Below the pieces are notes generated by a model that saw only the letters and a program-made list of their open reading frames with translations, ran no database searches and had not been told where the DNA came from. Position numbers and translations under genes: made by a program. This document shows positions 8,681 through 17,755 of a stretch of 34,413 nt of DNA, piece by piece. Within the stretch, counting starts at the first letter, position 1, and each line of letters opens with the position of its first letter. The stretch is from a virus (Duplodnaviria; Heunggongvirae; Uroviricota; Caudoviricetes), in the IMG/VR virus record IMGVR_UViG_2645728091_000016, one strand, 5' to 3'.

Positions 8681-9383
8681 AATGAAAAGAATAATATATA
8701 TTAGTTTTATCATTATAGTTGTAGTTATATCTATGTATTTTTACAACTTTAATACTGGAAAAGGGTTATCTAAAAGTACTGAGGTTTGGGGACAGTTCGG
8801 AGATTATTTGGGTGGGGTTGTTAATCCCATTCTTACTTTTTTATCAATTGTGTTATTGATTAAATCAATAGATTTACAACGTGATGCTAATGCAAGTATC
8901 ATTAATGAAAATAAGAGGCAGGAAAAGCTCGATTATCTGAAGAATTTTGAAATGCGATTTTATAGTTTGATCGACGCACAACGCACTGCATTCGAAAAGT
9001 TTACATTATTAAATGTTGATGGGGTAAATATAAAAGGAGTTGAAGCTGTAAATAAACTTGAGGATTTTATTTTTAACATGAAGAATGAAGGTAAGAGTAA
9101 GGAGGTTGTTTCTAAATTTATTACAGATTGCGATGTGTCTGAATCAATCTACTCTTCAGTACGGCGCTTTTATTTATTAGTCCGTCTCATAGATGAAAAG
9201 CTGGAACGTGAAGAGCGGGACGAATATTATGAGATACTGATTAATATGACTGATTTTCCGTTGGTTAGATTAATTGTTCTTGCATTATGTGTCTATGATT
9301 GGGATATAATAAAGTATATTGACTCTAGTTCTGTTTTAGCGAAGGATGAGTTGGTACAATATCGTGCATATTTTCAATTGTGA
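8667..9383 (+). CDS. uncharacterised membrane protein with two N-terminal TM helices plus about 170-aa soluble domain, gene B of the operon (candidate abortive-infection effector)
   Basis: ATG 8667 (or in-frame ATG 8682) overlapping gene A stop; hydrophobic segments IIYISFIIIVVVISMYFYNF and VVNPILTFLSIVLLIKSI. Confidence 0.7.
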   Translation: MRFHRMKRIIYISFIIIVVVISMYFYNFNTGKGLSKSTEVWGQFGDYLGGVVNPILTFLSIVLLIKSIDLQRDANASIINENKRQEKLDYLKNFEMRFYSLIDAQRTAFEKFTLLNVDGVNIKGVEAVNKLEDFIFNMKNEGKSKEVVSKFITDCDVSESIYSSVRRFYLLVRLIDEKLEREERDEYYEILINMTDFPLVRLIVLALCVYDWDIIKYIDSSSVLAKDELVQYRAYFQL

Positions 9384-9452
9384 TTTTAATAAGTTCATTG
9401 TTCGAATATGAAGAGGTATAAGGGGAATCTCCCCCCTTATACTTATCTATAG

Positions 9453-10481
9453 TTATGCCAATTGATAATCTATAAAATTAACAACTGTCGCGCCAAGCCA
9501 TTTATTAATCTCTTTTATGCGAATTTGTAATGGAAGAAGTTCATTTATCACAAAAACCTTACTGGCCTTCTCCACATCACCAAACCCGCCAACATTGCTA
9601 GGCATAATTCCCATCATCTGAGGCGGCACGCGGTGCGCTGCCATCATGTCATCGCGACTTACGTTCTTTATGTTCAGAAACTCATCCTTTGCCGCCACTT
9701 CTGACAGCGGGATGATCTGAAGCCCGTCCTTTTTGCCGTTAGGCGAGTACATAAACAGGTTGCGGAAGTTGCCCGGACCTTTGGCGCTTTTCATCGCGTT
9801 GCGGAGGTTGTTCACATCCTCCTGGTTCTGAGCGGCATCGGTCATGTACATTATGAATCCTGCATGGCTGCCATTAATATAATATTTGCGTCGGAACAGC
9901 GTGGCGGACTCGTTGAGCAGGGCTGACGGAATGGCAGAAAGATAACCGGGCAGGCCGTAGATCTCCTGGTTGATATCGGGTTCCATCAGATGAAAGATGC
10001 TGCCTTTCGTGAACTGATACGGCTGGGTTGTCATACCGTATTGCACAAACCAGTAGGTATCCAGGTCTAACCCGCGTCGGGTGTATTTTGCCAGAGCAGG
10101 CTCAAGGGCGATAACTTCACCGAACCGGTTCGTGCGTTTCTCTAGGTAGGCGTTACCAAATACCAGATAGTCCTGCACAAAACGTGAAAAAGCCTGCTGG
10201 CTGAGCAGCGGGTGAGGGATATAGGTGCTGGTCAGAATGTTGCACTTTACTGCAATCGGTGAGCTGTGGTGTACGGCGGCGCGGAATGTTCGCGCCAGGC
10301 CTTCGAAACTCACAGGCGGCTCATACCAGCGGTCCATCTGTACGCATTCCACATAGTCCAGCAGTTCGCGACGGTCCAGAACAGGAACGGGATCGCCGAA
10401 GCTGAATGCTTCGGCTGAAGTCTGGCTTTTATGCTGGATCTGATTCATCGCCGCTGCGCGGTTTTTCTTACTCTTTCCCAT
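9453..10481 (-). CDS. Q: portal protein (P2 gpQ)
   Basis: 342 aa from ATG 10481 (track uses TTG 10484); position and size match P2 Q; overlaps P stop. Confidence 0.9.
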   Translation of the reverse strand: MGKSKKNRAAAMNQIQHKSQTSAEAFSFGDPVPVLDRRELLDYVECVQMDRWYEPPVSFEGLARTFRAAVHHSSPIAVKCNILTSTYIPHPLLSQQAFSRFVQDYLVFGNAYLEKRTNRFGEVIALEPALAKYTRRGLDLDTYWFVQYGMTTQPYQFTKGSIFHLMEPDINQEIYGLPGYLSAIPSALLNESATLFRRKYYINGSHAGFIMYMTDAAQNQEDVNNLRNAMKSAKGPGNFRNLFMYSPNGKKDGLQIIPLSEVAAKDEFLNIKNVSRDDMMAAHRVPPQMMGIMPSNVGGFGDVEKASKVFVINELLPLQIRIKEINKWLGATVVNFIDYQLA

Positions 10482-12247
10482 CAAAAAATCTCCACAATAT
10501 TGCTGGTATTGGCGGATTCGCCCTGCAGCGGTTCGTTAAACAGTGCGTGCATCGTTGCCCAGGCCAGATCGGCGTGGCTGGCTTCTTCGCTGCGGCTGGC
10601 TTCATAGGTCGGGCGGTTGCCACTGGCAGTGGTAGCGCGACGGATTGCCATAAATGACTGCGCAATGTCGGTGTGCCCGGCGTCAAACTCCAGGCGGCGG
10701 TGGCTGATAATGTCGTAGGCCTTGAGTACCAGGGCGTTTTTAACGTTGGGGTTGTAGACAAACTCCCGGACGGCAGGAAAAAACGCTTTCACGTTCTCGT
10801 AAACCCCGTGACCGACGCCGGTCGAGTCGATGCCGATATAGGTCACGTTATACTGTTCGGTCAGTTTTTTGATGGCGTCAGCCTGGGCACGAAAGTCCAT
10901 TCCGCGCCACTGGTGACGCTCAAGAATGCGGAACTTGCCGCCCGGCACGGCTGGCGGAGCCACCACCACGCATCCGGCGCTGTCGCCGTTTTGCGTACCT
11001 TTTGCCGGGTCATAACCGATCCACACTTCGCGCCAGCCAAACGGGCGCAGCGCCAGTGCATGAAAGTCGGTCCTGACTTCCCAGCTGTCCACCATGCACG
11101 CCTGCAGCTCGCTGAGCGGGAACACGGACGCGAGATCGTCCACGAACTCACACATCAGCAGGTTCTGGTATTCGTCCGGGCTGTACTCCATGCGCAACTG
11201 GTCGAGGTCGAACAGGTTACAGCCGCCGCGCACCGCATCTTCCACAGTGACTATCTGGCGGTACTGCCCGTCTGCGCACAGCAGGCCGGGGGCCAGATTG
11301 CTGTGGGACAGGTCGATGTCCACCTTATCGGCTTTGTTGCGCCCTCGGTTGAACAGCGCACCGGACCAGAACGGATAAGCACTGTGTGTCAGGCTGGATG
11401 GCGTGGAAAAATAGGTTTGTCGCCATTTTTTGTGAATAGCCATACCGGAAGCCACTTTGCGCAGCTCCTGGAATTTCGGTATCCAGAAATATTCATCCAG
11501 ATACAGGTTGCCGTGGTAACTCTGGGCCGTGCGGGCATTGGTGCCGAGGAAGTACAGCGTGGCCCCGTTAGGAAGCACCATCGGATCGCCTTTCAGCTCC
11601 ACCTCCACTTCTTTGGCGAAGTCGATGATGTACTGCTTAAAGACGTGGGCCTGAGCCTTGCTGGCGGAAAGGAAAATCTGGTTGCGCCCGGTTAGCAGGG
11701 CGTCAATCAGGGCTTCACGGGCAAAATAGAAGGTCGCGCCGATCTGGCGTGACTTCAGCAGGTTGCGGATGCGGTTGGTTTTTCCGGCTTCCCACCAGTG
11801 GCGCTGGTAGTTGAACATGGAGGAATGGAAGATTTCTTCCAGCTTCTCAATCTGTTCATCGGTGAAAACGTTCTTTTCCGGCTGACGGCGCGGGCCTTTG
11901 TTGCGGTTGGCGACGTTAGGGTTTAAGTCGGCTTCGTTGCCGCCATTGTTAAACTTGCCGATCCGCGCATGGCGCTCCGACTGGCGCGCCAGCAGGTCAA
12001 TCTCTTTGAAATCTTTCCCTTCTTTGTGCTCCTTCATAATGAGCTGGCAGTAGCGTGCGGCGGTGGTGAGCTGCATCTGATCCAGCGGCCCATAGTCACC
12101 CCACTTGTCGCGTTTTTTCCAGCTGTGAACGGTTGCAACTTTCTCGCCCAGCATTTCAGCAATGCGGGCTACGCGGTATCCCTGAAAGTACAGCAGCATG
12201 GCCTGCCGACGGGGATCGAGATCTGCGGGTGTCAGTGTGGTGTTCAT
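10481..12247 (-). CDS. P: terminase large (ATPase) subunit (P2 gpP)
   Basis: 588 aa; N-terminus close to P2 gpP as recalled; divergent from O. Confidence 0.9.
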   Translation of the reverse strand: MNTTLTPADLDPRRQAMLLYFQGYRVARIAEMLGEKVATVHSWKKRDKWGDYGPLDQMQLTTAARYCQLIMKEHKEGKDFKEIDLLARQSERHARIGKFNNGGNEADLNPNVANRNKGPRRQPEKNVFTDEQIEKLEEIFHSSMFNYQRHWWEAGKTNRIRNLLKSRQIGATFYFAREALIDALLTGRNQIFLSASKAQAHVFKQYIIDFAKEVEVELKGDPMVLPNGATLYFLGTNARTAQSYHGNLYLDEYFWIPKFQELRKVASGMAIHKKWRQTYFSTPSSLTHSAYPFWSGALFNRGRNKADKVDIDLSHSNLAPGLLCADGQYRQIVTVEDAVRGGCNLFDLDQLRMEYSPDEYQNLLMCEFVDDLASVFPLSELQACMVDSWEVRTDFHALALRPFGWREVWIGYDPAKGTQNGDSAGCVVVAPPAVPGGKFRILERHQWRGMDFRAQADAIKKLTEQYNVTYIGIDSTGVGHGVYENVKAFFPAVREFVYNPNVKNALVLKAYDIISHRRLEFDAGHTDIAQSFMAIRRATTASGNRPTYEASRSEEASHADLAWATMHALFNEPLQGESANTSNIVEIF

Positions 12248-12293
12248 GGCACAAACCTACAGCCTTGAATGAAGGCTTTCCCCGCCTGCGGTT

Positions 12294-12311
12294 TGTGTGG
12301 TTGTCGGTACA
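12294..12311 (+). promoter_or_regulatory. Ogr/Delta activator site TGT-N12-ACA in the P/O divergent late-promoter region
   Basis: TGTgtggttgtcggtACA read from sequence, about 80-95 bp upstream of O ATG 12390. Confidence 0.55.
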
Positions 12312-12389
12312 AATACCGCGCATTGTTTCACTGCCCCCATCACCGCAACCATAAGGCTCCAGTAAGTTTTTTCTAACGGAGCACGGCTC

Positions 12390-13223
12390 ATGACAGTGAA
12401 AGCAAAGCGTTTTCGCATCGGGGTGGAAGGTGCCACCACCGACGGACGCGAAATCCAGCGTGAATGGCTGGAACAGATGGCAGCCAGCTACAACCCGGCG
12501 GTGTATACCGCTCTGATTAACCTTGAGCACATCAAGTCTTATCTGCCGGACAGCACCTTTAACCGCTACGGCAAGGTGACGGCGCTGTTTGCTGAAGAAA
12601 TCACGGAAGGTCCGCTGGCGGGCAAGATGGCGCTGTATGCCGACGTTGAGCCAACGGAATCCCTGGTGGAGCTGGTGAAAAAAGGCCAGAAATTATTCAC
12701 CTCTATGGAAGTCAGCCCGAAGTTTGCTGATACGGGCAAAGCCTACCTGGTCGGCCTGGCTGCCACTGATGACCCTGCCAGTCTGGGCACTGAAATGCTG
12801 ACATTCAGCGCCAGTGCGGCCCATAACCCGCTGGCAAACCGCAAGCAGAATCCTGCCAATCTCTTTACCGCTGCAGAGGAAACGGTGATCGAACTGGAAG
12901 AAATCCAGGATGACAAACCGTCCCTGTTTGCCCGTGTCACGGCGCTGTTCACCAAAAAAGAGCAGTCCGATGACGCCCGATTCTCTGATGTGCATAAGGC
13001 CGTGGAGCTGGTCGCCACTGAGCAGCAGAACCTGAGCGCACGCACCGAAAAATCCCTGTCTGAGCAGGAAGAACGCCTGTCTGAGCTGGAGATTGCTCTG
13101 CAGGCACAGCAGACCGCCTTTAACGAACTGGTGGACAAGCTGAGCCATGAAGACAGCCGCCAGGACTACCGCCAGCGTGCAACAGGCGGTAACGCCCCCG
13201 CTGACACTCTGACCAATTGCTGA
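12390..13223 (+). CDS. O: capsid scaffolding protein (P2 gpO)
   Basis: 277 aa, ATG 12390 with ACGGAG upstream; synteny. Confidence 0.9.
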   Translation: MTVKAKRFRIGVEGATTDGREIQREWLEQMAASYNPAVYTALINLEHIKSYLPDSTFNRYGKVTALFAEEITEGPLAGKMALYADVEPTESLVELVKKGQKLFTSMEVSPKFADTGKAYLVGLAATDDPASLGTEMLTFSASAAHNPLANRKQNPANLFTAAEETVIELEEIQDDKPSLFARVTALFTKKEQSDDARFSDVHKAVELVATEQQNLSARTEKSLSEQEERLSELEIALQAQQTAFNELVDKLSHEDSRQDYRQRATGGNAPADTLTNC

Positions 13224-13239
13224 TGGAGCACAAAACCTG

Positions 13240-14295
13240 ATGAAGAAGAATACCCGCTTTGCTTTTAACGCTTACCTGCAGCAGCTGGCTCGTCTGAACG
13301 GTGTGGCAGTTGAAGAACTGTCCAGCAAGTTTACTGTAGAGCCGTCTGTGCAGCAGACGCTGGAAGACCAGATCCAGCAGTCCGCCGCATTCCTGACGCT
13401 GATTAACGTCACGCCAGTGACTGAGCAGTCTGGTCAGTTGCTGGGGCTGGGTGTTGGCAGCACCATTGCCGGAACCACTGATACCACCGCAAAAGAGCGT
13501 GAGCCTGTCGATCCGACGCTGATGGTCGATGTGGAATATAAATGCGAGCAGACCAACTTTGACACGGTGCTGACCTACGCGAAGCTGGACCTGTGGGCGA
13601 AGTTTCAGGATTTCCAGGTGCGTATCCGTGACGCCATCGTGAAACGTCAGGCACTGGACCGCATCATGATCGGCTTTAACGGCGTGAAGCGAGCGAAAAC
13701 CTCCAACCGCAGCGAAAACCCGCTGCTGCAGGATGTGAATAAAGGCTGGCTACAGAAAATCCGTGAGGATGCACCGGATCACGTCATGGGCAGCACCACC
13801 ACGGGCGGTGAAACCACACCGGGCGCGGTGAAAGTCGGTAAAGGTGGCGAATATGCCAACCTGGACGCCGTGGTGATGGATGCGGTCAATGAGCTTATCG
13901 ACGTGGTCTACCAGGACGATGACGATCTGGTGGTGATTTGCGGTCGTGAACTGTTGTCTGATAAGTATTTCCCGCTGGTCAACAAAGAGCAGGAAAACAG
14001 TGAAAAACTGGCTGCCGATATGATCATCAGCCAGAAACGCATGGGTGGCCTGCAGGCCGTGCGTGCGCCGTTCTTCCCGCCGAATGCGCTGCTGATCACC
14101 CGTCTGGATAACCTGTCCATCTACTGGCAGGAAGACACCCGCCGCCGTTCAGTTATCGACAACCCGAAACGTGACCGGATTGAAAACTTTGAATCCGTTA
14201 ACGAAGCCTATGTGGTTGAGGACTACCGCTGCGCAGCACTGGTGGAAAACATCCAGATTGGCGACTTCAGCGTCGCCGTAGAAGCCGGAGCATAA
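13240..14295 (+). CDS. N: major capsid protein (P2 gpN)
   Basis: 351 aa, ATG 13240 with GGAG upstream; synteny. Confidence 0.9.
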   Translation: MKKNTRFAFNAYLQQLARLNGVAVEELSSKFTVEPSVQQTLEDQIQQSAAFLTLINVTPVTEQSGQLLGLGVGSTIAGTTDTTAKEREPVDPTLMVDVEYKCEQTNFDTVLTYAKLDLWAKFQDFQVRIRDAIVKRQALDRIMIGFNGVKRAKTSNRSENPLLQDVNKGWLQKIREDAPDHVMGSTTTGGETTPGAVKVGKGGEYANLDAVVMDAVNELIDVVYQDDDDLVVICGRELLSDKYFPLVNKEQENSEKLAADMIISQKRMGGLQAVRAPFFPPNALLITRLDNLSIYWQEDTRRRSVIDNPKRDRIENFESVNEAYVVEDYRCAALVENIQIGDFSVAVEAGA

Positions 14296-14298
14296 ACC

Positions 14299-14949
14299 AT
14301 GAGCCTGAGTCCCGCACGGCAGCATCGCCTGCGCGTTCAGGCTGAACAGGCCGCCCGTGAGGGCGGCAGTGTTCGCCACGCGTCGGGCTATGACCTGATG
14401 CTGCTGCAACTGGCGGAAGACCGCCGCCGTCTTAAGGGCGTTCAGTCCATGGTGAAAAAAGCGGAAATCAAGGTGGAGCTGCTGCCGAAATATGCCGCCT
14501 GGGCGGAGGGCGTCCTGGCTGCCGGAGGCGCTCAACAGGATGACGTGCTGATGTACGTGATGCTGTGGCGCATTGATGCCGGAGATTATGCCGGGGCGCT
14601 GGAGATTGGGCGTCATGCCCTGCGTCATGGCTGGGTGATGCCGCTGGGTAACCGCAACGTGCAGACCGTGCTGGCAGAGGAAATGGCAGATGCGGCGCAG
14701 AGCGCAATGCTTGCCGCCACCGGCTTTGATGCCGATCTGTTGCTGCAGACGCTGGAGCTGACAGACGGTCTGGATATGCCGGACCAGTCACGGGCGCGTC
14801 TGCATAAAGCGATTGGCGCTGTCCTGAGTGAAAGCAACCCGGCTTCCGCCCTTAATCATCTCAACCATGCGTTACAGCTCGATCCCCGCTGTGGCGTGAA
14901 AAAAGACAAACAGCAGCTGGAGCGCAGACTGCGCAATGACAGCCGCTGA
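14299..14949 (+). CDS. M: terminase endonuclease/small subunit (P2 gpM)
   Basis: 216 aa; synteny after N. Confidence 0.85.
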   Translation: MSLSPARQHRLRVQAEQAAREGGSVRHASGYDLMLLQLAEDRRRLKGVQSMVKKAEIKVELLPKYAAWAEGVLAAGGAQQDDVLMYVMLWRIDAGDYAGALEIGRHALRHGWVMPLGNRNVQTVLAEEMADAAQSAMLAATGFDADLLLQTLELTDGLDMPDQSRARLHKAIGAVLSESNPASALNHLNHALQLDPRCGVKKDKQQLERRLRNDSR

Positions 14950-15044
14950 CAGAACGTGCCCCCGCGCACGGGCGGCACGGGGTGGCGAAAGGCACTGCCA
15001 CATCAAAGCCCCGTCCACCGCCCTCTATTTCAGGAGAAAGCAGC

Positions 15045-15509
15045 ATGAAGTTTGTTGCGCCAGAACAGGCACCGGAACAGGCGGAAATCATCAGGAATAC
15101 GCCGTTCTGGCCTAATGTGGACCTGTCGGAGTTTCGCAGCGTGATGCGCACTGACGGCACGGTGACGCAGCCGCGTTTAAAACAGGTTGCCCTGTCGGCA
15201 ATTTCGGAGGTCAACGCAGAGCTGTATGAGTTTCGCAGACGCCAGCAGATGCTGGGATATGCCTCGCTGGCAGAGGTTCCGGCAGAACAGCTGGATGGGA
15301 AAAGTGAGCGTATTCAGCACTATTTCAACGCGGTTTACTGCTGGGCACGCGCCATGCTCAACGAACGTTACCAGGACTATGACGCCACGGCATCCGGTGT
15401 TAAGCGGGGCGAGGAACTGGCGGAAGCCAGCGGTGATTTATGGCGTGACGCCCGCTGGGCCATCAGCCGGGTACAGGACGCGCCGCACTGCACAGTGGAG
15501 CTTATCTGA
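15045..15509 (+). CDS. L: head completion/stabilisation protein (P2 gpL)
   Basis: ATG 15045 with AGGAG upstream (track starts at upstream GTG 14982); synteny. Confidence 0.8.
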   Translation: MKFVAPEQAPEQAEIIRNTPFWPNVDLSEFRSVMRTDGTVTQPRLKQVALSAISEVNAELYEFRRRQQMLGYASLAEVPAEQLDGKSERIQHYFNAVYCWARAMLNERYQDYDATASGVKRGEELAEASGDLWRDARWAISRVQDAPHCTVELI

Positions 15510-15712
15510 TGAAAGTGCGTGCGCATCAGTATGACACGGTGGACGCGCTTTGCTGGCGTCATTACGGGCGCACGCAGGGTGTCACGGAGCAGGTACTGAA
15601 GGCAAATCCGGGGCTTGCCGAATACGGCCCCTTTTTACCTCACGGGCTACAGGTGGAGCTGCCGGACATTCCGACCACCACCACCGTGCAGACCGTCCAG
15701 CTATGGGACTGA
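15509..15712 (+). CDS. X: tail protein X (P2 gpX)
   Basis: 67 aa; ATG overlaps L stop; synteny. Confidence 0.8.
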   Translation: MKVRAHQYDTVDALCWRHYGRTQGVTEQVLKANPGLAEYGPFLPHGLQVELPDIPTTTTVQTVQLWD

Positions 15713-15715
15713 ATT

Positions 15716-15931
15716 ATGACGCTTGAGCGAATCAGCGCCTTTATCACGTATTGCATCGCCGTCGTGCTGGCCTGGCTGGGCGATTTGTCCATCAAGGATG
15801 CCTCAACGCTGGGCGGCCTGATGATTGGTGTGCTGATGCTGGCTATCAACTGGTACTACAAACACAAAGCCTACCAGCTTCTGCGCGACGGGCAGATCTC
15901 GCGGGAGGATTATGAATCCATCAATCGTTAA
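15716..15931 (+). CDS. class II holin, probable pinholin
   Basis: 71 aa with two hydrophobic helices and charged C-terminus; immediately upstream of and overlapping the SAR endolysin. Confidence 0.65.
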   Translation: MTLERISAFITYCIAVVLAWLGDLSIKDASTLGGLMIGVLMLAINWYYKHKAYQLLRDGQISREDYESINR

Positions 15932-16424
15932 ACGCTGCCTTGTCGGGACCGTGCTGGCTATTGCTGCCACGCTGCCGGGTTTTCAGCAGCTTCACACCTC
16001 CGTGGAGGGGCTGAAACTGATTGCCGATTACGAAGGCTGTCGTCTGCAGCCGTATCAGTGCAGCGCGGGTGTCTGGACCGATGGCATTGGTAATACATCG
16101 GGCGTCATTCCCGGCAAAACCATCACGGAACGACAGGCAGCGGAAGGGCTGATCTCCAACGTGCTGCGCATGGAGCGGGCGCTGGAAAGGTGTGTGAAGC
16201 AACAGCCGCCGCAGAAGGTGTATGACGCTACGGTGTCGTTTGCCTTCAACGTGGGGACGGGCAATGCCTGTAGTTCCACGCTGGTGAAATTGCTCAATCA
16301 GCGGCGCTGGGCGGATGCGTGCCGACAGTTGCCGCGCTGGGTTTATGTGAAAGGTGTTTTTAATCAGGGGCTGGATAACCGCCGTGCGCGGGAGATGGCC
16401 TGGTGTTTACAGGGAGCAAACTGA
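15912..16424 (+). CDS. SAR endolysin (GH24 lysozyme with N-terminal signal-anchor-release helix)
   Basis: N-terminal LVGTVLAIAATLPGF hydrophobic segment followed by E-x8-D-x5-T type catalytic region (EGCRLQPYQCSAGVWTDGIGNT). Confidence 0.85.
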   Translation: MNPSIVKRCLVGTVLAIAATLPGFQQLHTSVEGLKLIADYEGCRLQPYQCSAGVWTDGIGNTSGVIPGKTITERQAAEGLISNVLRMERALERCVKQQPPQKVYDATVSFAFNVGTGNACSSTLVKLLNQRRWADACRQLPRWVYVKGVFNQGLDNRRAREMAWCLQGAN

Positions 16425-16425
16425 A

Positions 16426-16803
16426 ATGAAAAAGAAATTAATCAGCGGACTGTTTCTGATGTTATGGATGGCGCTGTTAATCGCAGCAATGGTGTATCCG
16501 CAGGGGATTTTTCCGGTACTGGCAGCGTCCGGCGTTTGGGTAGCCTGTTTGCTGACATGGGCGGTAATTCCGGTAGCACTGGCTGCGTTAATTAAGAATG
16601 GCCCGCTCTGGCAGGAGTTAAGGGCATCTTTGCTGAAGACAATTACCCGAAAAGAAAACGTATTTACCAGTTGGGTGATGCGATTGCTGATTGTTGTAAG
16701 TCTCGCCTGGACGGGGTGGGCTATTACCCTGGTCTTTTATCTACTGACCGTTATTGCCTTCTGGATCACCCGTAATCAGATGGCGCAACAGGTAGCAGCA
16801 TGA
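16426..16803 (+). CDS. multi-TM membrane protein (LysA-like lysis accessory/antiholin)
   Basis: 125 aa from ATG 16426 with AGGGAG upstream; about 4 hydrophobic helices; lysis-cassette position. Confidence 0.55.
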   Translation: MKKKLISGLFLMLWMALLIAAMVYPQGIFPVLAASGVWVACLLTWAVIPVALAALIKNGPLWQELRASLLKTITRKENVFTSWVMRLLIVVSLAWTGWAITLVFYLLTVIAFWITRNQMAQQVAA

Positions 16804-17228
16804 ACCGGTTGCTGCTGGTTGTGCTGACGTTATTACTGGCGGCGCTGGGCTGGCAGACGTGGCGGCTGGCTGATGCCAGCCAGACCATCAGCACGCAGGC
16901 AGACGAGCTGCAGAGCAAAAGCCAGGCACTGGCAAAGAGCAACAGCCAGCTTATCAGCCTGTCCATTCTGACTGAAACCAATAACCGGGAGCAGGCGCGG
17001 CTCTATGCCGAAGCAGAACAGACCAGCACGCTGCTGAGACAACGACAACACCGGATCGAGGAACTGAAACGTGAGAACGAGGATTTACGCCGCTGGGCTG
17101 ATACTCCTTTGCCTGCTGACATTATCCGGCTGCGGAAACGTCCGGCACTCACCGGAGGTATGGCTTACCGTCAGTGGTTGTCCGCGAGTGACGCCGTGTC
17201 GGCTGGATCAGGCAACGCCGCGCACTAA
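16800..17228 (+). CDS. i-spanin (Rz/LysB-like)
   Basis: N-terminal TM (LLLVVLTLLLAALGW) then coiled-coil-like region; overlaps embedded lipoprotein ORF. Confidence 0.7.
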   Translation: MNRLLLVVLTLLLAALGWQTWRLADASQTISTQADELQSKSQALAKSNSQLISLSILTETNNREQARLYAEAEQTSTLLRQRQHRIEELKRENEDLRRWADTPLPADIIRLRKRPALTGGMAYRQWLSASDAVSAGSGNAAH

Positions 17229-17361
17229 CGGTGATCTGAACGCGTTGCTGGATGAAACGGAGGCCGCCTGGGCGGTCTGTGCAGACAAAGTGGACATGAT
17301 TATTGCGTGTCAGGAGCGAAACAGTGAACAAACCACAATCCCTGCGCCACGCCCTCAATAA
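17071..17361 (+). CDS. o-spanin lipoprotein (Rz1/LysC-like), begins embedded in the +1 frame of the i-spanin gene
   Basis: GTG 17071; signal peptide with lipobox LTLSG|C; Pro-rich; overlapping arrangement typical of spanins. Confidence 0.6.
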   Translation: MRTRIYAAGLILLCLLTLSGCGNVRHSPEVWLTVSGCPRVTPCRLDQATPRTNGDLNALLDETEAAWAVCADKVDMIIACQERNSEQTTIPAPRPQ

Positions 17362-17755
17362 AGCGGTGCCTTATGTCCGCAATAACCCGGACAAACTGCA
17401 TCTGTTTGTGGATAACGGTTCGCTGGTTGCCACGGGGGCCAGCTCCATGTCGTGGGAGTACCGTTACACACTGAACGCGGTGATTGAGGATTTCAGCGGC
17501 GACCAGAATCTGCTGATGGCCCCGGTTTTGCTGTGGCTGAGGGATAACCAGCCCGATGCCATCAATAACCCGGCGTTACGGGAAAAGCTATTCACCTTTG
17601 AGGTGGATATTCTGCGCAACGATGTCTGTGATATCAGCCTGAACCTGCAACTGACGGAACGTGTGCTGGTCAGCACTGACGGCAGTGTGTCGAGCGTTGA
17701 AGCTATAGCGGAACCTGATGCACCTGAAGAAATGTGGACGGTGAAACGTGGCTGA
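17324..17755 (+). CDS. R: tail completion protein (P2 gpR)
   Basis: GTG 17324 with AGGAG 7 nt upstream; synteny. Confidence 0.75.
   Translation: MNKPQSLRHALNKAVPYVRNNPDKLHLFVDNGSLVATGASSMSWEYRYTLNAVIEDFSGDQNLLMAPVLLWLRDNQPDAINNPALREKLFTFEVDILRNDVCDISLNLQLTERVLVSTDGSVSSVEAIAEPDAPEEMWTVKRG

Noticed and set aside
9417-9441. Hairpin TATAAGGGG-AATCTCC-CCCCTTATA between the accessory operon and the portal gene as a possible terminator
   Set aside because: Stem is clear but neither strand has a proper U-tract; kept only as a note.
10673-11695. 340-aa plus-strand ORF antisense to terminase gene P
   Set aside because: Fully embedded antisense to a conserved gene; long open antisense frames are expected at this G+C content.
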